This document shows, in pieces, positions 1-10,789 of a stretch of DNA of 64,000 nt; position 1 is the stretch's first letter; the number at the start of each line of letters is the position of its first letter. The notes below the pieces were generated by a model, which saw nothing but the letters and a program-made list of their open reading frames with translations, did no database searches and was not told the origin of the DNA. Where the stretch lies: assembly GCA_000165345.1 (NCBI GenBank), contig CM000430.1, positions 480,001 to 544,000 on the forward strand, given 5' to 3'. A program made the position numbers and the translations under genes.

Positions 1-2373
1 TGGAATTTTGTAAATAGAATTTACTGAATATTTCATAAAAATAGATAATTTTTTGATATTTTTAATTCTAAGGTCAATCTCCAATACACTCAACTGGCTT
101 ATAAATAATTGATTCAAAATAGAACTTCCCCTAATAACTGAAGCTTGACTATGGATATTGATTTGATTTGATATACGACTAAAATTTGCCTGAGCCCAGT
201 TTTCTAAGTCAATCAATAGGTTAGTTGTAGGTTCATGAAATCTGAAAAGGTCTGAATTGAGAAAACCCCAAAGCATCTTCACTATTTTGAGAGTACATTC
301 TGCCCAACAAGATGGTATAAATTCTTCTTTAGAAAACAAATTCGAATTAAATAATAAATCAATTATAATTTTAAGGCATTTGAAAAAGTCTTCAATATGA
401 TAGTTTTCTAATTTTAGAAGTGAGTATTCTGTGAAATCCACTTCAACTAATCGACTGAATAATTTATAGAGCCAAGACGGAATTGGAAACTTTTCAAAAG
501 GGGATAAGTTAGACATGTCCATTTGGGTTAGTAATATTTCATTGAATATTTTAATATTAAATAGTTTAGTTAGAGCTTCATAAAGTAGGTTTCTGAGAGT
601 AATTTTATCTTCAGTAAACACATTTTCATATAAGAAAGTTGAAATGAATCCAATAAATTGTTTAAGTGTTTCAATTGAAGATTCAAGTGTGTCGTTATTA
701 TTAATCTCCTTGAAAGCTCCTAGATTATTTAAAGAAAATATACATAGTTCGGTAAAAATGATCATTTCTTTGTCCTCAGCCTTAAATTCAACCATAATTT
801 TAATTAAAATTATAAACAAATCCATAAAGAAAGATTCTAATGAATTATATTCAGCTTCTTGGTTCAGTAAGAAGTTATCAACGTAAAATAAAATAATTTC
901 TTTCAAGAGTAAGGATGTAGGGCTTGTAATTAAAGATTCATTTGGATCAATAATCACTTTTTCTGTCTTTTTTTTTAAAAGATTAAAAAAAGTTGAATTA
1001 ATTGTGTCTAAAAAAATATTTGGGTTTAAATTAGTTGAATTTATAAGAGATCTGCATTCTTCGATTATAGAATCCTTTAACTCTGGAACCTTTATCGTCA
1101 ATTCTCTAGAATACATAAATATTGGAATCAATATTTTAGGAGCAATAAAATTTACACATTGAACAAATTCTTCAAATAATGCATTAATCATCTTAATAGG
1201 CTCAAGAATAATTGTTTGATTTGCTAAATTATTTGTTTGCTGTAAGCTATGGAGGTTTTTTGAAACCCTAATTGATTGATATTTTGCAAAGCTTGAGCTA
1301 TTTTCAGAAACCGAGAAATAATTGTCTAAGAGTGAAAATGAGAAAATTAACTCCTCAATAATAGCAGCAATTAATGTTTCCACTATTTCATCATCCATTT
1401 TATATTCATTTTTTTTTTCTGGAGAAAAGTATTTATCATTCATAATCCATTGTATCAACCTCCTTGTTAATGACCATTCTCTTATCAAAAAAAGTTTCAG
1501 TGCTTTCCTAAGTAAGTTAACTTTTGATTTATGAGGCAATATTTCTTCAATATGGCTATTATAAAGTTTTAAACTAGTTTGTTGATTAATAGGAACATGA
1601 GAAATTAGGAAATCCAAAAGATATCTTTTAACCAAAATATTTTCATCATCAATACAAGATTCAAGAGCTTTCAAAAAGAGAATACTACAAGGGATAAGAC
1701 TCTGAACTTTCTTCATAGAAATGATTTTATTAGATGTAGAGATAGCTGAGAACCTTGCTAATATCACTTCTAAAGCAGGATACCTAACTTGTGTTGTTCT
1801 CAAAATAACTAGCCATAGGGTGCACATAAAATTTTTTTCTCCAACGCAATTTTTGCTTGATATTGATTGGAATGTCTTCATTATTCTGTCATAGCATTCG
1901 CTTTTCGAATCCTCTAGCCCTGGGAGTAGCCCTACTATTAACCCGGATAAACATGGGAGTAAACCTGGACCTAAAGGCAAAAAATACTGGTCAATTAAGT
2001 CAAGAAAGATGGGCTTAACTTGTGTTGACGAGTGAACAAAAAATGGGAAAAGCCCGGATCCATACAGTGCAAGATCAGAGCTTAATTCATTCTTGCCTAT
2101 TTTCCCAAATATTCCTCCATAAGTCTCTAAAGCTTTAGTATGAACACCGCTAGGTAAAGACGGATTCAAACATTGAGCAAGTCTCTTTGAAATAGTTTCT
2201 TTGAGAGGAACTCCTGGAATATCGCAGAACTCTTTGCTAATACATCTGTTTAATCTTTGTAGGCAATTGCTAAGATCAGCCCATTCCTGTGCTTTTTCAA
2301 AACTTTGAAGGATACTATGAATTTCATTTTCATATTTTTTAAAATCGCTTTTTGGCCAAGAAAAATCGCTCAT
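1..2373 (-). CDS. Dopey/DOP1 family protein, N-terminal part (partial; gene continues beyond window start)
   Basis: Minus-strand ORF starting at the ATG at 2373..2371 and open to position 1. It is absent from the ORF track, presumably because it has no in-window stop. N-terminus MSDFSWPKSDFKKYENEIHSILQSFEKAQEWADLSNCLQRLNRCISKEF matches the conserved Dopey_N opening (KYRNY...ALKNFE...EWADLIS.LGKL.KVL). The rest is leucine-rich helical. No other long ORF is reported in 1..2400. Confidence 0.7.
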   Translation of the reverse strand, partial: MSDFSWPKSDFKKYENEIHSILQSFEKAQEWADLSNCLQRLNRCISKEFCDIPGVPLKETISKRLAQCLNPSLPSGVHTKALETYGGIFGKIGKNELSSDLALYGSGLFPFFVHSSTQVKPIFLDLIDQYFLPLGPGLLPCLSGLIVGLLPGLEDSKSECYDRIMKTFQSISSKNCVGEKNFMCTLWLVILRTTQVRYPALEVILARFSAISTSNKIISMKKVQSLIPCSILFLKALESCIDDENILVKRYLLDFLISHVPINQQTSLKLYNSHIEEILPHKSKVNLLRKALKLFLIREWSLTRRLIQWIMNDKYFSPEKKNEYKMDDEIVETLIAAIIEELIFSFSLLDNYFSVSENSSSFAKYQSIRVSKNLHSLQQTNNLANQTIILEPIKMINALFEEFVQCVNFIAPKILIPIFMYSRELTIKVPELKDSIIEECRSLINSTNLNPNIFLDTINSTFFNLLKKKTEKVIIDPNESLITSPTSLLLKEIILFYVDNFLLNQEAEYNSLESFFMDLFIILIKIMVEFKAEDKEMIIFTELCIFSLNNLGAFKEINNNDTLESSIETLKQFIGFISTFLYENVFTEDKITLRNLLYEALTKLFNIKIFNEILLTQMDMSNLSPFEKFPIPSWLYKLFSRLVEVDFTEYSLLKLENYHIEDFFKCLKIIIDLLFNSNLFSKEEFIPSCWAECTLKIVKMLWGFLNSDLFRFHEPTTNLLIDLENWAQANFSRISNQINIHSQASVIRGSSILNQLFISQLSVLEIDLRIKNIKKLSIFMKYSVNSIYKIP

Positions 2374-3094
2374 GTTTAATTATATAGTCATGAAGCCATT
2401 CCAATCGTTCTTCATGAAGGCCTGTCTCAGATAAATTCTCTTCTTAGAATTAATTTTACCTTGAATAAAATGCCGCAATTAACTTGAGCCTCAGTAAATT
2501 GTAAAAACAATTTCCAACAAAATAATTTTGGTTTTAACAAATGAATACAGCTTATCAATAAGAAATATGTAAACCTTAACAAGAAAATTATTTATATTTC
2601 TTGAGTTATCGAAAATATTAAATCGTGTTTAAATATCAGTTATGAGAATTACACACACAATTCATGATCAAAAAAAATACTTGAATTCATTGTGCATTAA
2701 TAATTTTGTTGACTTCGAGCCTTGCTTCATTAGAGAAATAACTTCTAAGTTGATAAATCAAAAAAAATATGTCAAGGTTTTGGGAATAATAGTCAACATA
2801 AGAAAAAGACCAAAATTTTTAGAGTTGACAAGTGGGTTTAAATAATATTTTCTGATCATAGTTATTTTTTTAATATAGTCGATGATTCTTCAGATATATT
2901 GAGGGCTGTCTTCTGGGGAAGTAGGCCAGAATTCCAAAAGTTAAAGCTTATAAGAAATTTCTACACCAACTCTCTTGTAAGTTTATTGAACGATAGCAAA
3001 ATAGTTAATAGAAATTTTCGCCAAAAAGAACCTTGGAGCTCTTGTAGAAGCACGAGGAATTGTTGAATCTTATAATAATACAGCCCAATTAAAA

Positions 3095-3532
3095 TTGTTT
3101 TGCATAAATAACGTTTATAATTTCAATATGGAATCACTTTGGTGGTTAAACATTTTTGAAAAATTTATTAAAGAAAAAATGAGCATTTCAATTCCTTCAG
3201 ATAATATATTAAATGGAGAGTTAATAAAATCCAGTTCTTTTAATAAAATTGGTCGCTTTGAACTCATTAGTCAATTAAATAATCAATACTTCTCTTGCTT
3301 CTGCAGAAGGTGTCACAAAATAATTAATAATGCAAAGTTGATTCCGAATAATTCTAGATATGAAATTATAAGTAGGATGATTGTATCAGCTTTAAATAGA
3401 TTTAGAGGTTTATTTCGTTGTTCTGAAACTAACAAATTAAACAAGGAAGATATTCAATTTATAATCAATAGAATTTTAATCACCAATTGCGAAATTAATA
3501 ACGTTCTAAGAGAAGTACCTGTAAGTTATTAA
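3095..3532 (+). CDS. hypothetical protein; probably the 3' exon of a spliced gene (candidate exon 2878..2976, intron 2977..3028)
   Basis: 145-aa track ORF (TTG-initiated in the track; first ATG codes MESLWW). The upstream frame-compatible ORF VDDSSDILRAVFWGSRPEFQKLKLIRNFYTNSL ends exactly at a GTAAGT (2977..2982). An AG acceptor at 3027..3028 restores the downstream frame. No ATG was found for the upstream exon, so the model is incomplete. Confidence 0.35.
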   Translation: MFCINNVYNFNMESLWWLNIFEKFIKEKMSISIPSDNILNGELIKSSSFNKIGRFELISQLNNQYFSCFCRRCHKIINNAKLIPNNSRYEIISRMIVSALNRFRGLFRCSETNKLNKEDIQFIINRILITNCEINNVLREVPVSY

Positions 3533-3860
3533 TATAGTTTACGACATTCAATGGACAAATTTCATAAATTAAAACACAATAAATAGATGAGTTGTATTTC
3601 CTGTATATTGAACTCTGTTAAAGAAATTTATATTAAAGAATTTGGATATGAGGTAAGATCTAAGTGAGTTTATTTTTCATTAACATAAAAATTTTAGGAT
3701 TTTAAAATCCCTTCATTTTACTTATGTAATTAAATCAAGTGTGCACGCTTTGCTATAAGTCGAAAGTAAGCGCACCCTGCTCACACAACTCTAATTAAGC
3801 TATTCTGAAATCTTAATAAATAGCTGGTTTTTATCGTTAAAATTTGGATAAAATGCCGAA

Positions 3861-4826
3861 ATGAATACTGAATCTAGCAGCTTTGAATGGCTCGATGTAA
3901 TAAGTAGGCAAGGTAGTAAACTTTCAAGAACTAGTTTTAATACTGCAAAAACGGACTTATCAATATACTATGAATGCGATGAACTAGAAGAATATATTGA
4001 AGATAAAATAGAGTTACCTCGTGATAAAAGTGAAGACTATTTCGATTTTAAAAAGTCTGTTACTACGAAGTTTACTGAAGTTGTTCCACGTTCTAAGACA
4101 AGAAGTACATATATTTCAGACGCCTACTATGGGTTTTCGAATAATCGTGATAAAAACAAGGAGCACGAAAGAATTCGATCAAAAACAATACCTTACAAGA
4201 ATAATATTTCAGGCATTATTAGTAGTGCTTTATTCAGCGATGTTTTTTTAATCGAGAATTCTGAGGATGTATTTATAGATAATAGCAACTTAGCTTCAAA
4301 AAAGTTTAATACAAAAATTAAAATTATTAAAGAAGGAAATAGCTTTCAAAGTATCAACTCTCAAGACAGTTTCGTAAATTACTTAAATGATAATACACCA
4401 TCTACGCATTGTACTGAATCCCAAGTAAAAGAAAACCTTATTAGAAGGAGCGAAGATACTAATAAGAATCATGAGAAAAAGCAAGATTCTTTCCAGAAGT
4501 CATGTAACTTAGAAAACAATCAATTATTTGAATCCTTTGAAGTTAAATTAAATAGCAAAAGATCTATTTTTGAAACAAGACAGTCTTATAACGCTACAAA
4601 CCGAAACTTATTTAACAGTAATCCTCAATTAATTGAAGGTAAATCTAGAACCGTTGAGTCTAAAACAAGTATTGAAAAAAATAAAGATTTTAATAATAAA
4701 TTATACATTGACCTTCCCACTATTTTTGTAGAGGGAGAAACAGATATTAATAGAAAAGTTAGTCAGTTTGACTGTATCTTATCCACTTTTTTTAAATGTA
4801 AAAATATTTGCTGCTTAGTTGATTGA
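3861..4826 (+). CDS. hypothetical Ser/Asn/Lys-rich protein
   Basis: 321-aa ORF with ATG start and coding-like composition. No recognisable domain. Confidence 0.5.
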   Translation: MNTESSSFEWLDVISRQGSKLSRTSFNTAKTDLSIYYECDELEEYIEDKIELPRDKSEDYFDFKKSVTTKFTEVVPRSKTRSTYISDAYYGFSNNRDKNKEHERIRSKTIPYKNNISGIISSALFSDVFLIENSEDVFIDNSNLASKKFNTKIKIIKEGNSFQSINSQDSFVNYLNDNTPSTHCTESQVKENLIRRSEDTNKNHEKKQDSFQKSCNLENNQLFESFEVKLNSKRSIFETRQSYNATNRNLFNSNPQLIEGKSRTVESKTSIEKNKDFNNKLYIDLPTIFVEGETDINRKVSQFDCILSTFFKCKNICCLVD

Positions 4827-4893
4827 AACTAAGCACTCTATTTTGCATTGAAATGTAATTATACCCTATAATTTTCTATTTAACTGGCTCCAA

Positions 4894-5904
4894 TTACATA
4901 CTATCCTTTTCAGAAACCTTATCATCTCCGCTTTTATTTAATATTATAAAAATTGTTACGGATATAAATCCAATTGTAATATAATCGTGGGAGAATAAAA
5001 TACTGGGGAATATGGAATATAGGGCATACTCAAAAAATGAAATATTAGGAATAGTTATGATTTGCAAAGGAAAAATTATTCCAAATGAAATGAATGAAGA
5101 TATAATTACTTTAAGAGCCGAAACGCGGCCACACCTTGCCAAGTCAAATAAAAACAACTTGTACTCACGTCTAGGTAGTAATTTGTTCATTCTCCAAGTA
5201 TGAACAAGAACTCCAATTGGGATACCTATCTTCGAAACATTTAATAGACTGGTTGCAGAGATTTCCAATGGTCTTATTTTATTTTTATTTATTTTAATTA
5301 CTGTTAAGTAAAATATTATTTTGCAAATTAAGAAAATCGACGTAAAAAATATTAAGTAAATAAAAAAAGCCCAGCTATTCTTAATTTGAATGAAATTAAT
5401 AATAGATCGAGTTGAAGCGATTACTGACCAAAAAATTATAAATAAATAAATAAATCTTTTCAATAGACTATTTTTCTTATTCAAATATATATTTTTATCA
5501 TAAAAAATTCCAAAAATAACTAGAGCTGGTGCTAGTAATATAAAATTATCATTGAATCTATCATCAGTTGAACCAAATAAAAGGTATATTCCCATAACCG
5601 AAATTTGCCCAATAGAAAAACAATATGATAAAACTTTCGTGTTGAAATCAGTTGGTAAAGGCTCTCTAATTAAAGAGAATATGGAAATAGTCGAAAGAAA
5701 TACCAACCCCCCAATACATCTTAAAGCTAATAAAATCCAAGGTTCCAACCCAATATTTCCTATTAAAGTTAAATTTAACGCTTGTACAATTGATTGAGCA
5801 ATCATCAAAGTATGGCTGAAAATAGTATTATTGGCTAGAACTCTCTCTTTAAATGTTGTTAATGCATTAGAAGGTGTTAGTTTGCTTGCTTTACTTTTTT
5901 CCAT
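4894..5904 (-). CDS. multi-pass integral membrane protein (about 9-10 predicted TM helices), family unknown
   Basis: 336-aa ORF with repeated ~20-residue hydrophobic segments separated by short polar loops. No signature motif recognised. Confidence 0.6.
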   Translation of the reverse strand: MEKSKASKLTPSNALTTFKERVLANNTIFSHTLMIAQSIVQALNLTLIGNIGLEPWILLALRCIGGLVFLSTISIFSLIREPLPTDFNTKVLSYCFSIGQISVMGIYLLFGSTDDRFNDNFILLAPALVIFGIFYDKNIYLNKKNSLLKRFIYLFIIFWSVIASTRSIINFIQIKNSWAFFIYLIFFTSIFLICKIIFYLTVIKINKNKIRPLEISATSLLNVSKIGIPIGVLVHTWRMNKLLPRREYKLFLFDLARCGRVSALKVIISSFISFGIIFPLQIITIPNISFFEYALYSIFPSILFSHDYITIGFISVTIFIILNKSGDDKVSEKDSM

Positions 5905-6137
5905 GTTTGTTCTCTACATTTTCAAAATGCAGAAAATTATTTATTAAATTGCACATAATGGCGGGAAGATTTGGCTATTAAGATTCCTCATTGCGTACTA
6001 ATTTTATTCAATACCCACCAAAATAAAATTATTCTAATTAGCTATTTAATCACTTAAAAGCAAATAATTCGTCTCTCACATTAGAAATAATCGCAGATGT
6101 TGTTTCATGTTCATCAAGTAGAAGAAATTAACTAGAG

Positions 6138-9100
6138 ATGCAAAAATATGAAGAAAAATCGCCGTTAATAAGAACAAATAAAAGCAGTTTCTCAATCTTT
6201 TCTTTTTTTAACTCTCTACTTTTTAAACCTAGCTTGAGCTATTCTGAAAGGAGTATTCATTTAAGCGGAAGAACATTGCCTTCAAAATTTGTGCCAAATG
6301 TAGTTTGTAATCAAAAGTACTCACTCATAACCTTTATTCCAAAAGTATTATTTGACCAATTTAGTAATTTCTTCAATTTCTTCTATCTAATTGTGGCACT
6401 ATTTCAACTTATTCCCGAACTCAGAACTGGCCCTCTATTTACATATATCGCTCCGCTATTACTAGTACTATCAATTACAATCGGAAAAGAAGCAATTGAC
6501 GATTTTAAGAGATATAAGAGAGACAAAGAGTTCAATAACAAGAAATATCGTAAAATTACTAGGAATGGAATTCAAGAAATACGTTCATCTGATATTAAGG
6601 TTGGAGACTTGATAGAAATTAATACAAATGACAGAATACCTGCAGATATACTCTTTCTAAGAACCAACGATCCAACTGGTACGGTATTTGTCAGAACAGA
6701 TCAATTGGATGGTGAAACTGACTGGAAAGTTAAACGTGCACTAGGAATTACTCAGCACTTGGAAACTTTGGATGATATTTTTAGTTTAGAAATTATTGCA
6801 AACATTGAAGGACCAAAAAAGGATATATATGTTTTTAATGGAACTATTCAATATTACGAGCAGAATATTACTAGCTCATTTAATCCTGATGATAGCGGCT
6901 CCTTTTTCAATTCACAAATATCTGTTGGAAACTTAAGCGCTGCAAATCTAGAAAAGAATATCTCTGAATATGGAGCCGGCACAGCAATACAGCCAGTAGT
7001 AGAACCCCTTATGCTTGATAATACTATCTGGGCAAATAGTGTTTTAACGTGTGGAAAGATATATGGATTAGTTATTTACACTGGTATTGAAAGTAGGTCT
7101 CTGATGAATACATGCACAAAGAGTTTACGTACAAAAGTTGGATTACTTGACAACCAAGTAAATACATTGTCAAAGATTTTATTTTTATTGCTTATAATCA
7201 CATCTTTTGTTCTTGTATTTTGCAAAGGTTTTGATACACTATGGTATGTTTCATTTGCTAGATTTATGTTATTATTATCTTCCATAATCCCAATATCACT
7301 AAGAGTTAACCTAGAAATGGCTAAAATTGTATTTTCATCCCAGATAAATAATGACAAAAATATGAAGAGTGTAACAGTAAGGTCGAGCATTCCAGAAGAG
7401 CTTGGAAGGATTGATTATTTATTAACAGACAAAACTGGAACTTTAACACAAAATTATATGATAGTCCAGACATTACACATTGGTCATGCAATCTTTCACC
7501 AAGAAAATTTTTCTGAAATTGTGGATGCGCTGCAATATGTGCAAAAGGGACGAGTAAACATTGAGAAAGAAGAAAGAATCATTATAGACACTATGGATAA
7601 TATTCCAACTTTTCCCATTATTAGCAGTAATCCAACCATTTGGAATAACTCCAATAATACTCTTCATCTACAAAACTTTATGTTAGGGATAGCTTTATGC
7701 CATAATATCTTCCCTAGATCTTCTATTGATGCTAACTTAAGTAATGAAAACAGAAATAACTCAGCAGAAGACATTTTAGATAATAACTTGGGATCTGATG
7801 AGTGTATGGTTGATTTGAATCAAAAACATATAGTATATCAATCTTCTTCTCCTGATGAAATTGCACTAATTAATTTCGCAGCAAGCTTGGGGCTCAGACT
7901 AGTTAGTAGATCAAATGAAAATATGGACTTAGACTTGGAAAAACTTTATTTAGGTGACCACTTAAGAAATTCTATGGAAAGTGGTCTGTATAAAAATGAA
8001 AAAAATTTTCCAGTTAGGCTTTCTTTCAAAATCCTAGCATGCTTCCCTTTTTGTAGCTCCTCAAAGCGTATGGGAATTTTATTAGAGTTTAAGGGTAGAT
8101 ATATATATTTTTGCAAAGGCGCAGAAAGCGTAATGATTGAATTGCTCCGTCAAAAAGGGTCTGGATGGCTTATGGAAGAATGTACAAACTTGGCTAGGCT
8201 TGGGCTAAGGACTCTAGTATTTTCTTACAAGATTATTTCAAAAGAAGAATATGAGGTTTTTAACAGTGTGTATTCTTTTCCATGCACTAGCTTATTACAA
8301 AGAGACAAAAATCTTAATAGCTCCAGAAAAATATTAGAGAGCAACATGGAATTATTGGGTTTAACTGGAGTAGAAGATAAACTTCAGATCGATGTGCCGC
8401 TTACGCTTGAAGCATTTAGGTACGCAGGTATTAAAATTTGGCTTCTTACGGGCGATAAGCTTGAGACTGCTCTTTGTATTGCAATTTCTGCTGGGCTAAA
8501 ACCAAAGTATTTAAACTTTTATATTTTAGAGTCTAAATATTTAAAACATAATGTTAATTTTACCGAAAAGCTACTCCAAGTAGAAGAATTAAAGTATCAG
8601 CTCCAAAGGTACATAAATGAATCTGCAAATAGCAATGTTCTGGTTGTAGAAGGTTCAATTTTAAGCCTATGCATAAAATATTGCCCATTTTTGCTTATAC
8701 ATGCAGCATCCCTATCTCCTGCAGTTGTATGGTGTAGATGCTCTCCATCTCAAAAAAAAGATCTTGTTCTTCTTCTAAAAGAATATCATCTAAAATATTT
8801 AAAACTATGCGAGTCAAATGCTCTAATTTCTTTAGATGATTTAGATTCTTTAAGTAATAAAGATCTAACATATGGCCAAAATGATGGTGAGTCAGCAAAA
8901 AATAGGGAGAACTCAAAAACTTGTTCTGTCAAGAGGCGTATTAATGAAGCCAAAAGTGGTTACAATAGAAACAATAACAAAAACTTAAATATGTTCAGCT
9001 TTGATGAACTAAACTCTAAATCCTTTGGGATAAATAATTTCCCAAAACTAGCAGAATCTGTAGGAAATATTGATGAATGGGGCAACGATTCAGGTCCAAT

Positions 9101-10013
9101 GAGTAATTACAGTAAGCAAAACACATTATCTTTTGTACAAACAGAATCCAAGAGGATATATAATTTAGCAAATGTTTCAGAAAATGCTAGAACATGTAGG
9201 ATATGTGCTGTTGGAGATGGGGGGAATGATGTGGGAATGATTCAGGCAGCTGATATTGGAATTGGGATAGTTGGGAAGGAGGGGCAACAAGCAGCAAATG
9301 CAGCAGATATTAGTATACATGAATTTGCTGATTTAAGACCACTCTTTCTTTGGCATGGGCGTCATGCATATCAGAATAGTGCAAAGCTGGCGCACTTCGT
9401 GATTCATAGAGGATTAATTATTGCTTTCATGCAGTGCGTGTTTTCTGCACTTTTTTATTTTATTCCAGTAGCGCTTTTCCAAGGGTGGCTAGCGGTTGGT
9501 TACGCAACATATTATACAATGGCACCTGTATTCTCATTGGTTTTTGATGTTGATGTTAATAGGTCAACTGCTCTATTATACCCCGAGCTATATCGGCATT
9601 TGAAGGCTGGTCGAGTTATGTCAACAAAAACTTTTTTCTGTTGGGTCTGGAAATCATTATATCAAGGAACCGTAATTATGTTGGGAGCATTTGTACTTTT
9701 CAAAGATAATATCCTTATGAATCTTGTTGCAATTACATTCACGTCTTTGATACTATCAGAAATTTTAAATGTTGTTACCGAAATTCATTATTGGAATGAA
9801 GTCATAATATCATCTTGTATAATTTCAATATTAATTTATTTTGCATCATTTTTCCTCTTAGAGAGTCACTTCGATCTTCAGTTCATTTTTACCTTTATAT
9901 TTTGGGGTAAAATTTGTGTTCTCACCTCTATTTCATGGGGTCCAATACTTCTATACAAATTAATCAAGAAAACGATTCATCCCCCCAGATATTATAAGTT
10001 GATGCAACATTAG
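6138..10013 (+). CDS. P4-type ATPase (phospholipid-translocating flippase), Neo1/ATP9-like
   Basis: 1291 aa. P-type motifs DKTGTLT (phosphorylation site), TGDKLETA and GDGGNDVGMIQAADIGIGI. The P4-specific N-terminal motif CNQKYSLITFIPKVLFDQFSNFFNFFYL precedes TM1-2. Ten TM segments. An Asn-rich low-complexity insert lies between TGDK and GDGGND. Confidence 0.9.
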   Translation: MQKYEEKSPLIRTNKSSFSIFSFFNSLLFKPSLSYSERSIHLSGRTLPSKFVPNVVCNQKYSLITFIPKVLFDQFSNFFNFFYLIVALFQLIPELRTGPLFTYIAPLLLVLSITIGKEAIDDFKRYKRDKEFNNKKYRKITRNGIQEIRSSDIKVGDLIEINTNDRIPADILFLRTNDPTGTVFVRTDQLDGETDWKVKRALGITQHLETLDDIFSLEIIANIEGPKKDIYVFNGTIQYYEQNITSSFNPDDSGSFFNSQISVGNLSAANLEKNISEYGAGTAIQPVVEPLMLDNTIWANSVLTCGKIYGLVIYTGIESRSLMNTCTKSLRTKVGLLDNQVNTLSKILFLLLIITSFVLVFCKGFDTLWYVSFARFMLLLSSIIPISLRVNLEMAKIVFSSQINNDKNMKSVTVRSSIPEELGRIDYLLTDKTGTLTQNYMIVQTLHIGHAIFHQENFSEIVDALQYVQKGRVNIEKEERIIIDTMDNIPTFPIISSNPTIWNNSNNTLHLQNFMLGIALCHNIFPRSSIDANLSNENRNNSAEDILDNNLGSDECMVDLNQKHIVYQSSSPDEIALINFAASLGLRLVSRSNENMDLDLEKLYLGDHLRNSMESGLYKNEKNFPVRLSFKILACFPFCSSSKRMGILLEFKGRYIYFCKGAESVMIELLRQKGSGWLMEECTNLARLGLRTLVFSYKIISKEEYEVFNSVYSFPCTSLLQRDKNLNSSRKILESNMELLGLTGVEDKLQIDVPLTLEAFRYAGIKIWLLTGDKLETALCIAISAGLKPKYLNFYILESKYLKHNVNFTEKLLQVEELKYQLQRYINESANSNVLVVEGSILSLCIKYCPFLLIHAASLSPAVVWCRCSPSQKKDLVLLLKEYHLKYLKLCESNALISLDDLDSLSNKDLTYGQNDGESAKNRENSKTCSVKRRINEAKSGYNRNNNKNLNMFSFDELNSKSFGINNFPKLAESVGNIDEWGNDSGPMSNYSKQNTLSFVQTESKRIYNLANVSENARTCRICAVGDGGNDVGMIQAADIGIGIVGKEGQQAANAADISIHEFADLRPLFLWHGRHAYQNSAKLAHFVIHRGLIIAFMQCVFSALFYFIPVALFQGWLAVGYATYYTMAPVFSLVFDVDVNRSTALLYPELYRHLKAGRVMSTKTFFCWVWKSLYQGTVIMLGAFVLFKDNILMNLVAITFTSLILSEILNVVTEIHYWNEVIISSCIISILIYFASFFLLESHFDLQFIFTFIFWGKICVLTSISWGPILLYKLIKKTIHPPRYYKLMQH

Positions 10014-10094
10014 TTTCTTTTTAATTGGCTTATTTAATTACAGTTGTAGAATACAAGATAGTAATTGTTAATTTACTTTATTGACGATTAAAGT

Positions 10095-10562
10095 TCAACT
10101 TGAATCGGCTTGTAAGTTATTTATGAATATTCTCTTCCTCGAATTATAATACAAAAAGAATGAGAAAATAAATCCCAATATAGAAAAAAAAGATAAGTTA
10201 CCTAAATGAGGAGATAAATCACTAAATACCTGCAAATTGGCTATGGCAAAAACCGCAAAAAATAATTTAATGTAAGTTGAAAATATTCCGCAATAAAAGA
10301 GTTTGATTCTAGAACCTTGAAAAAAAACAAAATGCGTGTTTCTTGGTATTGAATATGGATGAAGGCAAACGCTACAAAATCTGCTTGACCATGGTCTGTT
10401 GATTTGCAGCCTTTGCCATTTATATAAACAGTTTAAATGGATATATGCTTGAGTTCCCTTGCATTCACAAGGAGTTATCAATGGAGAGTGATCTGTTTCT
10501 ACTCCAAAGCAAAATCTACATTCTTTGTTGTATATATTTAAAAAACCCTCTTCCATATACAT
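10095..10562 (-). CDS. RING-CH (RINGv/MARCH-type) zinc-finger membrane protein, putative E3 ubiquitin ligase
   Basis: 155 aa. The C4HC3 pattern CRFC...CEC...H..C...W......CSVC is followed by two hydrophobic TM segments, as in MARCH/Doa10-type ligases. Confidence 0.75.
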   Translation of the reverse strand: MYMEEGFLNIYNKECRFCFGVETDHSPLITPCECKGTQAYIHLNCLYKWQRLQINRPWSSRFCSVCLHPYSIPRNTHFVFFQGSRIKLFYCGIFSTYIKLFFAVFAIANLQVFSDLSPHLGNLSFFSILGFIFSFFLYYNSRKRIFINNLQADSS

Positions 10563-10789
10563 TTTTTTCTGGCCAAATTATAGCTATTTGAATTAAGAAC
10601 CTGCACTTTTTAAATACTAGATATTTGAATAATTACGGAAATATCCCAATTAAGTAATTTATGATGTTTATAATATAATAATTGTTTTCGTATCGTGTAC
10701 AATTCATGTTGATTAAAAATGACCAGCTTGCATCTATGTGGATAAAATATGGACAGCTTTTAAACAGAAAAATGGAACTAAATTAACGT

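Noticed and set aside
644-1534. Two small plus-strand ORFs (80 and 70 aa)
   Set aside because: Antisense to the Dopey ORF. Lys/Ile/Ser low complexity.
2642-2845. 67-aa ORF upstream of the 3095 gene
   Set aside because: Could not be joined to downstream exons by any in-phase canonical splice. Left unannotated.
7076-8916. Three antisense ORFs (104, 64, 73 aa) inside the P4-ATPase gene
   Set aside because: Embedded opposite a strongly supported CDS. Typical AT-rich antisense noise.
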